Shown: piece after piece, positions 54,942 to 64,000 of the stretch | Layout of the letters: each line of letters opens with the position of its first letter | Numbering within the stretch: position 1 is the stretch's first letter | Assembly: GCA_963771175.1 (NCBI GenBank) | Contig: CAVYSY010000026.1 | Location: 256,001 to 320,000, forward strand | From: an uncultured delta proteobacterium | GTDB taxonomy: Bacteria; Myxococcota; Myxococcia; Myxococcales; Myxococcaceae | Direction of reading: 5' to 3' | Length of the DNA stretch: 64,000 bases | Translations under genes and position numbers: made by a program | The notes under the pieces: model-generated | The model's input: the letters and a program-made list of their open reading frames with translations, nothing else | The model's database searches: none | What the model was told of the DNA's origin: nothing

Positions 54942-55345
54942 TTCCTCCAGCGAGCAACGACACTCCGCCCCTCGTCCTGATTGTCGATGACTACCAGGAT
55001 GCCCGCGAGATGTACGCCGAGTACCTCGAGTACTCGGGCTTCCGCGTGGTCGAGGCCCGCAACGGCCTGGAGGCGGTGGAGAAGGCCTTGGCGATGCGGC
55101 CCTCGCTCATCCTGATGGACCTGTCGCTGCCGGTGATGGATGGCTGGGAGGCCACGCGGCGCCTCAAGGCGGACCCGCGCACGCGCTCCATTCCGGTGGT
55201 GGCCCTCACCGGCCATGCCCTGGACGGGCACTCGCGCGAGGCCCAGGACGCGGGCTGCGATGCCTATGTCACCAAGCCGTGCCTGCCGGATGCGCTGGTG
55301 CGCGAGGTGCAGCGGGTGCTGGCGACGGTGGCCCCGGCGGCGTAG
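54938..55345 (+). CDS. Single-domain response regulator
   Basis: LIVDD, LMDLSLPVMDG, ALTG, TKP; ATGA overlap with the kinase stop. Confidence 0.93.
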
Positions 55346-55393
55346 CGCTCGAAGGTGCTACGCCATCGGGTGCTCGTGTGTCGGGAGTACGTC

Positions 55394-55900
55394 TCAGTAC
55401 TCGTACTCGTACAGCACCTCGACGGTGATCACCTTGCGGGCCTGGTGGAAGACGAGCGTGTAGAAGTCGCCGAAATTGTAGTAGTCGGGCGCGCTCATGT
55501 AGGACCAGGAGGCCTTGCTGACGGTGTAGCTCGTGTCGGAGGTGCCGACGAAGGCGCGGATCTCCGGAGGGAGCTCCTCGTAGGACTTGCCGGCCATATC
55601 CGAGAGGAACTGAGCCTGGGTGATGGACGAGCCCGCGGTCGAGTACTCCCGGATTCCGAGGTGGTCGAACGCGAACCAGGTGGCGTCCTCCTGGGAGATG
55701 GTGCCGGAGATGGGCCAGAGCACGTCGAAGGCGGTCACGGTCAGCGTGGTGCAGTAGTAGCACTGGGGCTGGATGGTGGTGACCGTGGAGGCGAGCTGCG
55801 AGCTGAGGGGAGTCTCCTGCAACTCCACCTGGGCCTGAGCGGGGGACGCGAAGACAAACACACAGGCCAGTGCGGCGAGGACGGGAACAAGGCGCTTCAT
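55394..55900 (-). CDS. Secreted hypothetical protein
   Basis: Signal peptide MKRLVPVLAALACVFVFASPAQA; GAGG RBS; GC3 bias. Confidence 0.78.
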   Translation of the reverse strand: MKRLVPVLAALACVFVFASPAQAQVELQETPLSSQLASTVTTIQPQCYYCTTLTVTAFDVLWPISGTISQEDATWFAFDHLGIREYSTAGSSITQAQFLSDMAGKSYEELPPEIRAFVGTSDTSYTVSKASWSYMSAPDYYNFGDFYTLVFHQARKVITVEVLYEYEY

Positions 55901-56024
55901 GAGAGACCTCTTGGGGAACGGGCTTCGCCAGGAAACCCGGTTTGGGGGTCTCCACCTTTGCCCGAGATTGTCTGGCCGTTTCAAGTGACGGTTTCGTGCT
56001 ACCGCCGAAATGAGCCCTCACCTC

Positions 56025-57002
56025 TCAGCGAGCCGCCGCCACCTTCTCCGCTTCGAGGACGAGCGCATCCACCCACGGGGGCAACCGCGCCCAGCCCGCG
56101 GTGTGCTCGGTGCGTGCATAGAACCCACCGCCCTCCCCGCGTGCCACGAGGAGCTGGCCGATGCCCTTGTCTCCTCGCCGGTACTCCACGCGGAACACCT
56201 CGCGAGGAGGACCACCGGGCGGCTCCTCCCCTCGGCCCAGCAGGTCCGTCGGGTTCACCGCGAGCAGCCACACCCGCTCGTGCCACCTGCGGGCCGTCTC
56301 GGCTGGTGAGTCCGGTGCATCCTGGGGCACGAGCTCCGCCGCACGCTGCGACCGCGTGCGGACGAGGAAGGTGCGCGCGTTGCCCCCCTGGGTGACGGTG
56401 AGGGCGTCGTACTCGCTGGCCTCGAAGGTGTGCAGCGAGCGGTCCACCAGCCGGTGGGCGGCGTTCTCCAGGTCAGGTAGCAACCAGGGGCCGAGCAGGA
56501 AGACGCTCCCGTCCGCCTCGCGCCGCAAGTATGGGCTGCCCCAACCCAGCGAAGCACCCGCCAGGGAGAAGGTGTGCTCGCCCGTGGAGAGCTTCACCGC
56601 CAGCATCCGGGGGCTGTCCTTCAACCCCACTTCGGCGAGCGTCTCCGCGTCCAGCACTCCCAGTCCTCGCGTGGCCCGCAGCGGGGCGAAGCGGGCGAAG
56701 AGATTCTCCGCCGTCTCGTTGGCACGCAGCACTCGTGGAGGAGGTGGCACCGAAGACGATGGCACGGCCCCCGGCTTCGTCCCCAGCCGCAGCCACAGCG
56801 CGCCGCCCTCGGAGCCCTCGCGGAACAGCTCCACCCAGCCAGCCGGGTCCTCGTAGCGCACGCGCTCCAGCAATTGATTCGGCGCGTCCACCACCACCAC
56901 CTCGCCGGGAGCGCCCTCGGGCTCCCGCTGCCAGACGAAGAAGGCCGTGGCCAGTCCCACCGCCGCCAGCGCCCCCTGGAGCGCCACGCCCCGAGCCATC
57001 AT
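56025..57002 (-). CDS. DUF4340-like membrane-anchored protein
   Basis: Single N-terminal TM; last gene of the Gld-type ABC operon; overlaps previous stop. Confidence 0.62.
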   Translation of the reverse strand: MMARGVALQGALAAVGLATAFFVWQREPEGAPGEVVVVDAPNQLLERVRYEDPAGWVELFREGSEGGALWLRLGTKPGAVPSSSVPPPPRVLRANETAENLFARFAPLRATRGLGVLDAETLAEVGLKDSPRMLAVKLSTGEHTFSLAGASLGWGSPYLRREADGSVFLLGPWLLPDLENAAHRLVDRSLHTFEASEYDALTVTQGGNARTFLVRTRSQRAAELVPQDAPDSPAETARRWHERVWLLAVNPTDLLGRGEEPPGGPPREVFRVEYRRGDKGIGQLLVARGEGGGFYARTEHTAGWARLPPWVDALVLEAEKVAAAR

Positions 57003-58867
57003 CGCGCACCGCCTCCCTCATGAGAGGACGGGGGCGCGCGCCGCCGAGGCCGGCGTCGCGTCACGAGGAAGCCCACCCCCAGCACCATCGCGGGCCCGAG
57101 AAAGACGGCCGAGTAGAACCACACCACGTCCTGCTGGCGGGAGTGCTGCACGGGCACGTCCTCCTCGTTGGACACCTCGCCCGCCAGCTCCTCCTCGCCG
57201 AGCAGCCAGAGCACCGAGTCCATCGCCAGATAGGGGTTGCCGTAGGCGCGCAGGACTCCATCGGTCAGCACGTCCGAGTCGCCCATGGCCACCACGCGCA
57301 CGGGCGAGGCGCCCCCGGTCCCCGCCTTCTCCACCGCCACCACCAGGGGCCAGGCGCGCCGGACTTCCCCCTCGTCCGGAGTGAAGTCGTGGTTGGCATC
57401 CTGGAAGGTCTCCCCGAGGGCCCGCACCGACACGTCGTGCGTCACCCCCCGAGGCAGGGGCTGCACCGACTCCAGCGCCGCCGCGCCCTGGAAGACGACC
57501 GCCGCCTCGCTGCCCAACGTCGTCAGCGTCCCGACCGAGGGGTGCGAGGAGAAGCTCGCCGTCCCCAGGTTGGCCCGATCGCTCTGCTGGTGGGTCGTGC
57601 GCAGGTAGCGCTGATCATTCGCCAGGGGGACGCGCAACAGCTTCAACCCCAGTGGCTCCAGCACTGACTCCAGGTCGGGCCCGTCCGGCTCCAGCGCGAG
57701 CCACAGCCGTCCACCCCGCTCCTGGTACCGCCTCAACGCGGCGAGCTCCTCCGCGAGGAAGTCGCGCTCGGGCCCCACCACCGCCACCACCGCCGCGTCG
57801 CGAGGCACCTCGGTGCCAAGTCCCTCGGCGACGCCCAGCGAGCGCACCTCCACGTTCAGCACGCGCAGCCAGTCCTCGAGCTGCGACAGGCCGGGCCGCG
57901 CCTTCTCCCGCGCCGTGGCCATCTGGGGCTGCACGCCCCGCTCACCATGGCCGGCCGTGAGGTACAGCACCCGCCTCGGCCGAGACACCACCCGCAGCCG
58001 CCGGTACACGTCCTCGTCCAGCCGCTGCAGTTGCCCTCGGGCGCGCTCCAGCTCCAGCGGCACCTTCAGCCGCTCCTGGCGCGGGCCCCGGCTGAACACC
58101 ACGGAGCCGTTCTCGCTCACGCCCAGCGCCTTCGCCCGCGCCGGCTCCACCGCCTGATCCAGCACCTCCACCTTCAGCAGGCCGGACTCCCGGGCCAGCT
58201 CGCGGAAGTACTGCTCCAGCGCCTGCCTCACGTCATTGGCGGGCGGAAAGAAGAGCGTCACCTCCACCGGCTCGTAGAGGCTGTGCGCCAGCTTGCGCGT
58301 GGCCTCTCCCGGCCGGGCGGTGCGGAAGTACGCCAGGTCCCACGAGACGTCCGCCTGCGTCGCCACGAACATGGCCGAGAAGGCGAAGACGAGCGCGAAG
58401 GCCAGCCCCAGCCCCGAGTGGAGCGCGGCACGCACCCTCCCCGTCTCCAGCACCGGCCCTCGCGCCATGGCCGCCACCGCCAGCTCCACCAGCGCGAGCG
58501 GCAGCAGCGTGGAGGCAATCAGAGCGGGGAAGAGCGCGGCCAGCACCACCGCGACGCGAGGCGCCTGCTTCTTCAGCGACATGCCCAGCACGGACGTCCC
58601 CGCGTCCGACTGGAGGAAGTAGAGCACCAGCCCCAGCCCCCCCAGCAGGAAGAGGCCGAGCAGCCAGCGCTCCAGCACCCGCCAGTCGCCCGCGGTGCGC
58701 AACACCCGCGCCACGCGCCACACCCCCGCGAGCACCACCAGCGCCAGCCCGAAGCCGCTCAGCACGAGCCGCTCCAGGCCCGCGCCCGCCACGCGCTCGC
58801 CGAGGAAGACGACCACCAGACCCGCCACATACAGCACGGACACCCAGGGGTTGGGCCGGAGGCTCAC
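56999..58867 (-). CDS. GldG-family ABC auxiliary membrane protein
   Basis: N-terminal TM helices; LYLTAGHGE, VVGPERDF, AMGDSD motifs; C-terminal TM; GTGA overlap start. Confidence 0.82.
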   Translation of the reverse strand: MSLRPNPWVSVLYVAGLVVVFLGERVAGAGLERLVLSGFGLALVVLAGVWRVARVLRTAGDWRVLERWLLGLFLLGGLGLVLYFLQSDAGTSVLGMSLKKQAPRVAVVLAALFPALIASTLLPLALVELAVAAMARGPVLETGRVRAALHSGLGLAFALVFAFSAMFVATQADVSWDLAYFRTARPGEATRKLAHSLYEPVEVTLFFPPANDVRQALEQYFRELARESGLLKVEVLDQAVEPARAKALGVSENGSVVFSRGPRQERLKVPLELERARGQLQRLDEDVYRRLRVVSRPRRVLYLTAGHGERGVQPQMATAREKARPGLSQLEDWLRVLNVEVRSLGVAEGLGTEVPRDAAVVAVVGPERDFLAEELAALRRYQERGGRLWLALEPDGPDLESVLEPLGLKLLRVPLANDQRYLRTTHQQSDRANLGTASFSSHPSVGTLTTLGSEAAVVFQGAAALESVQPLPRGVTHDVSVRALGETFQDANHDFTPDEGEVRRAWPLVVAVEKAGTGGASPVRVVAMGDSDVLTDGVLRAYGNPYLAMDSVLWLLGEEELAGEVSNEEDVPVQHSRQQDVVWFYSAVFLGPAMVLGVGFLVTRRRPRRRAPPSSHEGGGAR

Positions 58868-59589
58868 CGCCACCTCCGCGCCTCGAGCACCCGCGTAGCG
58901 GCGAGGAGGGCCACGTAGGTGACGAGCAGGTAGTAGACGACGTCGCGCACATGCACCACGCCCGCCTGGAAGGGCTGGAAGTGCTGGTTCCACAGCGCCA
59001 GCGCGCCGAAGACGTCCGAGAGCGGCTGCTCGGTGATGCGGGCCAGCAGCCAGCACGTCAGCAGCGCCACCAGCATGCATCCGGAGAGGACGGCGGCCAG
59101 CACCTGGTTGCGCGCCAGCGCCGAGCCGAACGTGCCGATGGCCAGCGACGCGCTGCCCAGCAGCAGCAGCCCCAGGTAGCCGGCGGCGATGTGGCCCAGG
59201 GACAGCTTGCCGTGCACCATCACCAGCAATGGCATGAACGCCGTGGTCAGCGTCATCAGTGACAGGAAGGCCAGCCCCGAGAGGAACTTGCCCAGGACGA
59301 TCTCGTGGTCCTTCACCGGTGAGGAATACAGCAGGGACAGCGTGCCCGCCTGTCGCTCCTCGGCCAGCAGCCGCATGGAGATGAAGACCGAGGCCACCAG
59401 GGTGGTGCCGCTGGAGAAGAAGAAGAAGAGCGAGAGCACCTCCGAGGAGCGCTTGCTCACCCCGCCCAGCGCGTAGGCGTTGAAGAGCAGGCCGTCCACC
59501 GCCATCACCATGGCGATGATGACGTACCCCTGGAAGGTGCGCAGGTAGGCCGCGAGCTCGCGGCGCGCGATGAGCAACGTCCGCATCAT
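58864..59589 (-). CDS. ABC transporter permease (GldF/PilI-like)
   Basis: IARRELAAY, SMRLLAEERQAGTLSLL, IVLGKF, RDVVYYL. Confidence 0.9.
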   Translation of the reverse strand: MMRTLLIARRELAAYLRTFQGYVIIAMVMAVDGLLFNAYALGGVSKRSSEVLSLFFFFSSGTTLVASVFISMRLLAEERQAGTLSLLYSSPVKDHEIVLGKFLSGLAFLSLMTLTTAFMPLLVMVHGKLSLGHIAAGYLGLLLLGSASLAIGTFGSALARNQVLAAVLSGCMLVALLTCWLLARITEQPLSDVFGALALWNQHFQPFQAGVVHVRDVVYYLLVTYVALLAATRVLEARRWR

Positions 59590-60519
59590 GACGCCCCCTC
59601 CTCCGTGCCATGGGTGAGCCGCAGGAAGAGGGACTCGAGCTTCTCCGCGCCCCGGTCCAACCGGAGCAACTCCAGGCCCGCGCCCACCACCGCCTGAGCC
59701 ACCCTCGGCCGCTGCTCCGCCGGAGCCTCCACCCGGAGCGTCACCACGCCGTCCGCCTCGCCCAGCACCCGCACCGGACCCATGCCCCCGAGCACCGCCA
59801 GCACCCGCTCGCGCTCGCCTCTCACCTCCGCCTCGATGAACCCACCGCCGCCCAGCCGCTGGCCCAATTCCTCCTCCGTCCCCTGCGCGACGAGCTCCCC
59901 GTCCTTGATGACCAGGAGCCGGTCACACGTCTGGCTGATCTCCGACAGGATGTGACTGGAGACGAGCACCGTGTGCGCCCCTCGCAGCCCGCGGATGAGC
60001 GAGCGCATCTCGACGATCTGCCGGGGATCCAACCCGCTGCTCGGCTCGTCGAGGATGAGCAGCGCCGGCCGGTGCACGAGCGCCTGCGCCACCCCCACGC
60101 GCTGCCGGTAGCCATGGCTCAGCGAGGAGATGGGCGCGTCGTCCACGTCGCGCAGGCCCGTCTTCTCCTCGGCCTCGGTGACGCGAGCGGACACCTCGCG
60201 CGACGGCACGCCGCGCAGCCTCGCCACGAAGGCCAGGAACTCCCGCACCTCCATCTCGTCGTAGAGCGGCGGCGTGTCCGGCAGGAAGCCGATGCGCTGG
60301 CGCACCTCGTGCGGGTGGCTCACCACGTCGAACCCGTCGATGACGACCCGCCCCGAGGTGGGCAACAGCACGCACCCGAGAATCTTCAGGGTGGTGCTCT
60401 TCCCCGCGCCGTTGAGTCCCAGGAAGCCGATGACCTCGCCCCGCTCGATGCGGAAGGCGAGGTCCCGGATGGCCGCGTGGCTCGCCGTAGTACTTGGTCA
60501 GCCCCTCGACATGAATCAT
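59586..60519 (-). CDS. ABC transporter ATP-binding protein (GldA/PilH-like; indel near 60480)
   Basis: GLNGAGKST, LSHGYRQRV, LILDEP, SSHIL. Confidence 0.92.
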
Positions 60520-60523
60520 GCGC

Positions 60524-61933
60524 TCAACTGTAGCGGAAGCGGGGGCCCTCGGACGTCTTCCCCAGCGTGAATCGCAAGGTCTGCTCGAGCGAGGGGTGGA
60601 GGAACGTGAAGCCCTGGCGCTCGGCCACCTCCGGGCGCAGGTGGGCGCTGAAGAGGAGCGTCTCGTCCCCCATCTCCCCGAAGAGGGCCCGCACCACCGT
60701 GGCGGGCAGCGGCACCAGCGCCGGCCGGGAGAGCACCTGGCTGAGCGTCCGGGCGAACTCCTCCTGCCGCACGGCGTTCGGCGCCACCGCGTTGACGGGC
60801 CCTCGCATCCCCGGGGTGCGCAGGGCGAAGAGGATGAGGCCGAGGACGTCCTCGAGGGACACCCAGCTCATCCACTGCCGGCCGTCGCCAATCCGACCGC
60901 CAGCCCCGGCCTGGAAGGCGGGCAGCATCTTCGCCAGCGCGCCGCCCCGGGCGCTCAGCACCACGCCCAGGCGCAGGTGCACCACGCGGATGCCGGCCTG
61001 CTCCGCCGCGGCGGTGGCCGCCTCCCACTCGCGGGTGACGTCGGCGAGGAACCCCTCCCCGGACGCACTGGACTCGGTAAGCACCTCGTCGCCCCGGCTG
61101 CCGTAGAAGCCCATGGCCGAGGCGCACACCAGCACCTTGGGCGGGTGCGACAGCCGCGCCAGGGCCTCGCTCAGCACCCGAGTCCCCTCGACGCGGCTGC
61201 GGCGGATGAGGGCCTTGTGCTCCTCCGTCCATCGCCCCTCGCCGATGGGCGCCCCGGCCAGGTGCACCACCGCGTCCACCCCCTCCAGGGCGGCCGTGTC
61301 CATCTCGCCCTGGCCCGGCGCCCAGGCGATGTCCCCGGCCTCGGGCCGCCCGCGCACCAACCGCCGCACCCGGTGTCCCCCTGTCGAAAGGAAGGGCACC
61401 AGCGCACTGCCCACCAGCCCCGACGCGCCGCTCACCGCCACCGTCAGCGGCCCCAGCCCGGCGAAGGCCGCGTGCCGCCGCAGGTCCTCGCGAGTCACCT
61501 CATGCCGGTAGGCGAACATCCGCTCCAGCCGCTGCCGTGTATAGCCGCCGCCGAACACCCGCCCCAGCGGCCCCACCGGCAGCACATACTCCACCTCGTC
61601 CTCCAGCACCGTGCCCCCCGAGGGCTCGTCCCACATGCGGTGGGTGTGGACCCACTTGGAGAAGGGCCCCGACTCCTGCACGTCCTGGAAGAGCGAGCCG
61701 GGGACGTACCGGGTGTGTCGCGCCACCAGGTGCATGGGCACCGGCCCCAGACGTATGCGCACCACCACCCGCGCGCCCTCGCGGATGCCCTCGCCCTGCC
61801 GCTCCACGACCTCGACCTTCTCCCAGGGGGGCTGCAGCCGCTCGAATGCTCCCTCGCGGGCATGCCAGGCGAACACTTCCTCGGCACTCACGGGCATCTG
61901 GCTGCGAGCTTCGAACACCTGCGACTTGCCCAT
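60524..61933 (-). CDS. TIGR01777-family epimerase/oxidoreductase with N-terminal SRPBCC domain
   Basis: VFAWHAREGAFERLQPPW and GPFSKWVHTH, then SGASGLVG, VHLAG, GDGRQWMSWV. Confidence 0.88.
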   Translation of the reverse strand: MGKSQVFEARSQMPVSAEEVFAWHAREGAFERLQPPWEKVEVVERQGEGIREGARVVVRIRLGPVPMHLVARHTRYVPGSLFQDVQESGPFSKWVHTHRMWDEPSGGTVLEDEVEYVLPVGPLGRVFGGGYTRQRLERMFAYRHEVTREDLRRHAAFAGLGPLTVAVSGASGLVGSALVPFLSTGGHRVRRLVRGRPEAGDIAWAPGQGEMDTAALEGVDAVVHLAGAPIGEGRWTEEHKALIRRSRVEGTRVLSEALARLSHPPKVLVCASAMGFYGSRGDEVLTESSASGEGFLADVTREWEAATAAAEQAGIRVVHLRLGVVLSARGGALAKMLPAFQAGAGGRIGDGRQWMSWVSLEDVLGLILFALRTPGMRGPVNAVAPNAVRQEEFARTLSQVLSRPALVPLPATVVRALFGEMGDETLLFSAHLRPEVAERQGFTFLHPSLEQTLRFTLGKTSEGPRFRYS

Positions 61934-61967
61934 TGTCCCCTCCGAGCGCCAGATTGCGTCCCCAGGA

Positions 61968-62933
61968 ATGCTTACTCCGGACCTTCTCGCCCAGGCAGTG
62001 GAAACGTTGCGACGCGGCGGCGTCATCGCCTTGCCGACGGAGACCGTCTACGGACTGGCGGCCAACGCCGAGGACGAGCTGGCCGTGCGCCGCGTCTTCG
62101 CCATCAAGGGACGCCCCGCCACCCATCCCCTCATCGTCCACGTGGCCCGCGCCGAGGAGCTCTCCTCCTGGGCCCGCCACGTCCCCGAGGAGGCCCGGCG
62201 ACTCGCGGCGGCCTTCTGGCCGGGGCCCCTCACGCTCGTGCTGCCGCGCAGCGCGCGCGCCACGGACGCCGTCACCGGAGGACAGGACACGGTGGCGGTG
62301 CGAGTGCCCCATCACCCCATCGCCCTGGCCGTGCTGGATGCCCTGGGCGGCGGCGTGGCCGCGCCGAGCGCCAACCGCTTCGGCAAGGTGAGTCCCACCA
62401 CGGCGGAGCACGTCCGGGCGGACCTGGGGGACGAGGTGGACCTCATCCTCGACGGCGGCCCGTGCACGGTGGGCCTGGAGTCCACCATCGTTGATTTGAG
62501 CGGCAAGGAGCCGGCGGTGCTGCGCCCCGGGGGCCTGGCGGTGGAGGAGCTCGAGCGCGTCCTGGGGCGAGAGGTGCCGGTACGCACCTCATCCACGGTG
62601 CGAGTCTCGGGCAGCCTCTCCTCGCACTACGCGCCTCGGGCGGGAGTGGTGCTCGCCGAGCTCGCGGACGTGGGCCCGCGCGTGGAGGCTCTGCGCGCCC
62701 AGGGTCAGAGCGTGGGAGTCCTGGGCCCTCCGAGCCTCCCCCTACCCCCGGGAGTGCCCCGCTACGACGTCCCGGAGGACCCGGCCGGCGCGGCGCGCGT
62801 CCTCTACCTGCGGCTGCGCGAGGCGGACCAGCGCGGCCATGACGTGCTGGTGGCCTGCCTCCCGCGCGCGCAGGGCCTGGGCGTCGCCGTACGCGACCGG
62901 CTCGCCCGCGCCGCCGCCCCCCGCCCCGGTTGA
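61968..62933 (+). CDS. tsaC: L-threonylcarbamoyladenylate synthase, Sua5-type
   Basis: PTETVYGLAA, KGRP, FWPGPLT, APSAN, ESTIVD, HYAP plus C-terminal SUA5 domain. Confidence 0.93.
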   Translation: MLTPDLLAQAVETLRRGGVIALPTETVYGLAANAEDELAVRRVFAIKGRPATHPLIVHVARAEELSSWARHVPEEARRLAAAFWPGPLTLVLPRSARATDAVTGGQDTVAVRVPHHPIALAVLDALGGGVAAPSANRFGKVSPTTAEHVRADLGDEVDLILDGGPCTVGLESTIVDLSGKEPAVLRPGGLAVEELERVLGREVPVRTSSTVRVSGSLSSHYAPRAGVVLAELADVGPRVEALRAQGQSVGVLGPPSLPLPPGVPRYDVPEDPAGAARVLYLRLREADQRGHDVLVACLPRAQGLGVAVRDRLARAAAPRPG

Positions 62934-63011
62934 ATCCACGGCAACTCTGGGCTCTCGCGGCCCGTACAGGCGCCCATCGGCCATGGGCGGGTTCTGTTAC
63001 GCCGCCCCACC

Positions 63012-63288
63012 TTGGAGGTGGTGCGCGTGAGCGAGGCCGGCACGGGTGGGCACAGGGAGGAGCAGGAGCGGCGCCTGCTGCATGACTCGCCGGAGCAACA
63101 CCTGCCCCGGGTGGGAATGGAGGTGGCGGGCTACCGGCTGGAGAGGTGGTTGGGCACCGGTGGCCAGGGCACCGTGTTCCGCGCCCGACGCGAGGGCCGG
63201 CTGTACGCGGTGAAGTTCATCTTCCTGCCGCGCTCGGCGCACTGGGCCTGGCGCGAGCTGGACGTCATGGTGAAGCTGTGGCGCGGCG
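63012..63288 (+). pseudogene. N-terminal fragment of a Ser/Thr protein kinase
   Basis: YRLERWLGTGGQGTVFRAR, YAVKF, RELDVM (subdomains I-III) then abrupt loss of kinase sequence. Confidence 0.8.
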
Positions 63289-63763
63289 GGAGCGCGAGCG
63301 GGCCGAGCGCTGCGAGGCGGAACTGGCCGCGCGCCCCCGGGCGGAAGGGCAACGCCCTGAGGGCCTCACGGGCCTGTTCGACGCCGGGCTGGTGGGTGAG
63401 GGCCGGGGCGTCGAGGCGCGAAACCTGGAGAAGGACATCACCCAGCGCCCGGATGAACCCCTCCACGCGTGGGGCACCTACAGCTACCGCGCAAGTGAGC
63501 GGCTGGCGGTGGAGCTGGAGGTGGAGAACACGGGCCCCCAGCCCTGGACGATGGACGAGAAGGCGGATCTGGTGAGCACGGAGGGCGCGCGGCTGCGCGT
63601 TCTGGGTGTCTGGCCGCGCGAGCCCCTCGCTCCGGGACATGCGCGCCGGCTCTTCGTGGAGGCGGAGGCCACGGAGGCACAGGCCCGGGGCACCTTCCGG
63701 CTCGTTCTGGGAGAAGCGGGAGGAGCGCGGACCCTCACCGTGCGCGGTGTGACCTTCCCCTGA
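63280..63763 (+). pseudogene. C-terminal fragment of a DUF2381 family protein
   Basis: AERCEAEL, GLTGLFDAGL, YSYRA, VENTGPQPW, PLAPG, RTLTVRGVTFP-stop; no own start or N-terminus. Confidence 0.75.
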
Positions 63764-63789
63764 ATCGGACGGTCCGGCGCCCCGCTTCG

Positions 63790-64000
63790 TCACCCTGGAG
63801 AGAAGGGCTGCAAGGGACCCAGCAGCCCCGCCTCTTTCAGCAGGCCGTGGACGCGGGCGGCCAGCGCGACGTGCTCCGGGTTGGAGGCGGTGAACCTCTC
63901 GGGGGTGAGGACGACGAGCGTCCCCTTGTCCTCCACGGGCTCCACACGCACGGGGGCCGGCAGTGGGGGCACGGCGCCTCGCTGCCGCGAGAAGTACATC
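63790..64000 (-). CDS. Immunity protein 52 family, C-terminal part (truncated by window end)
   Basis: MYFSRQRGAVPPLPAPVRVEPVEDKGTLVVLTPERFTASNPEHV typical of myxobacterial Imm52 proteins. Confidence 0.75.
   Translation of the reverse strand, partial: MYFSRQRGAVPPLPAPVRVEPVEDKGTLVVLTPERFTASNPEHVALAARVHGLLKEAGLLGPLQPFSPG

Noticed and set aside
56999..59611. 870-aa ORF spanning permease and GldG-like genes
   Set aside because: The N-terminal part is an off-frame shadow of the permease; the real gene starts at GTG 58867

Overview
GC-rich, myxobacterial-type chromosomal window (Archangium/Cystobacter-like, inferred from SitA6/SitI6, DUF2381 and Imm52 family genes) carrying about 57 genes of mixed accessory and housekeeping function. 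Many genes are broken by single-base indels, concentrated at about 13-31 kb; this looks like unpolished long-read consensus, so most frameshifts are treated as sequencing error rather than pseudogenes. Main modules: archaemetzincin; TetR with a divergent FAD monooxygenase; several hydrolases; Cache-domain histidine kinase; P450 plus a CMD/AhpD-like gene; qorB/qorR-like pair; TPR lytic transglycosylase; sigma54 activator divergent from ahpC-ahpD-dps; a STAND NTPase with a degenerate cyclase domain; prolyl oligopeptidase and M13 peptidase; a phaE-like/phaC (class III)/hydrolase operon; a heme cluster (heme peroxidase, orphan hemA, second monooxygenase, di-heme RoxA/CCP-like lipoprotein); a DNA-repair block (alkA, yprA/mrfA-like helicase, yprB/mrfB-like exonuclease) with a LexA-like box and a double 24-bp palindrome; a sitA6/sitI6 toxin-immunity pair with a diverged internal duplication; a Gld-type ABC operon; sua5; and a kinase/DUF2381 deletion chimera beside an Imm52 gene. 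No rRNA, tRNA, CRISPR array or transposase was recognised. All family calls come from motif recognition by eye; no searches were run.
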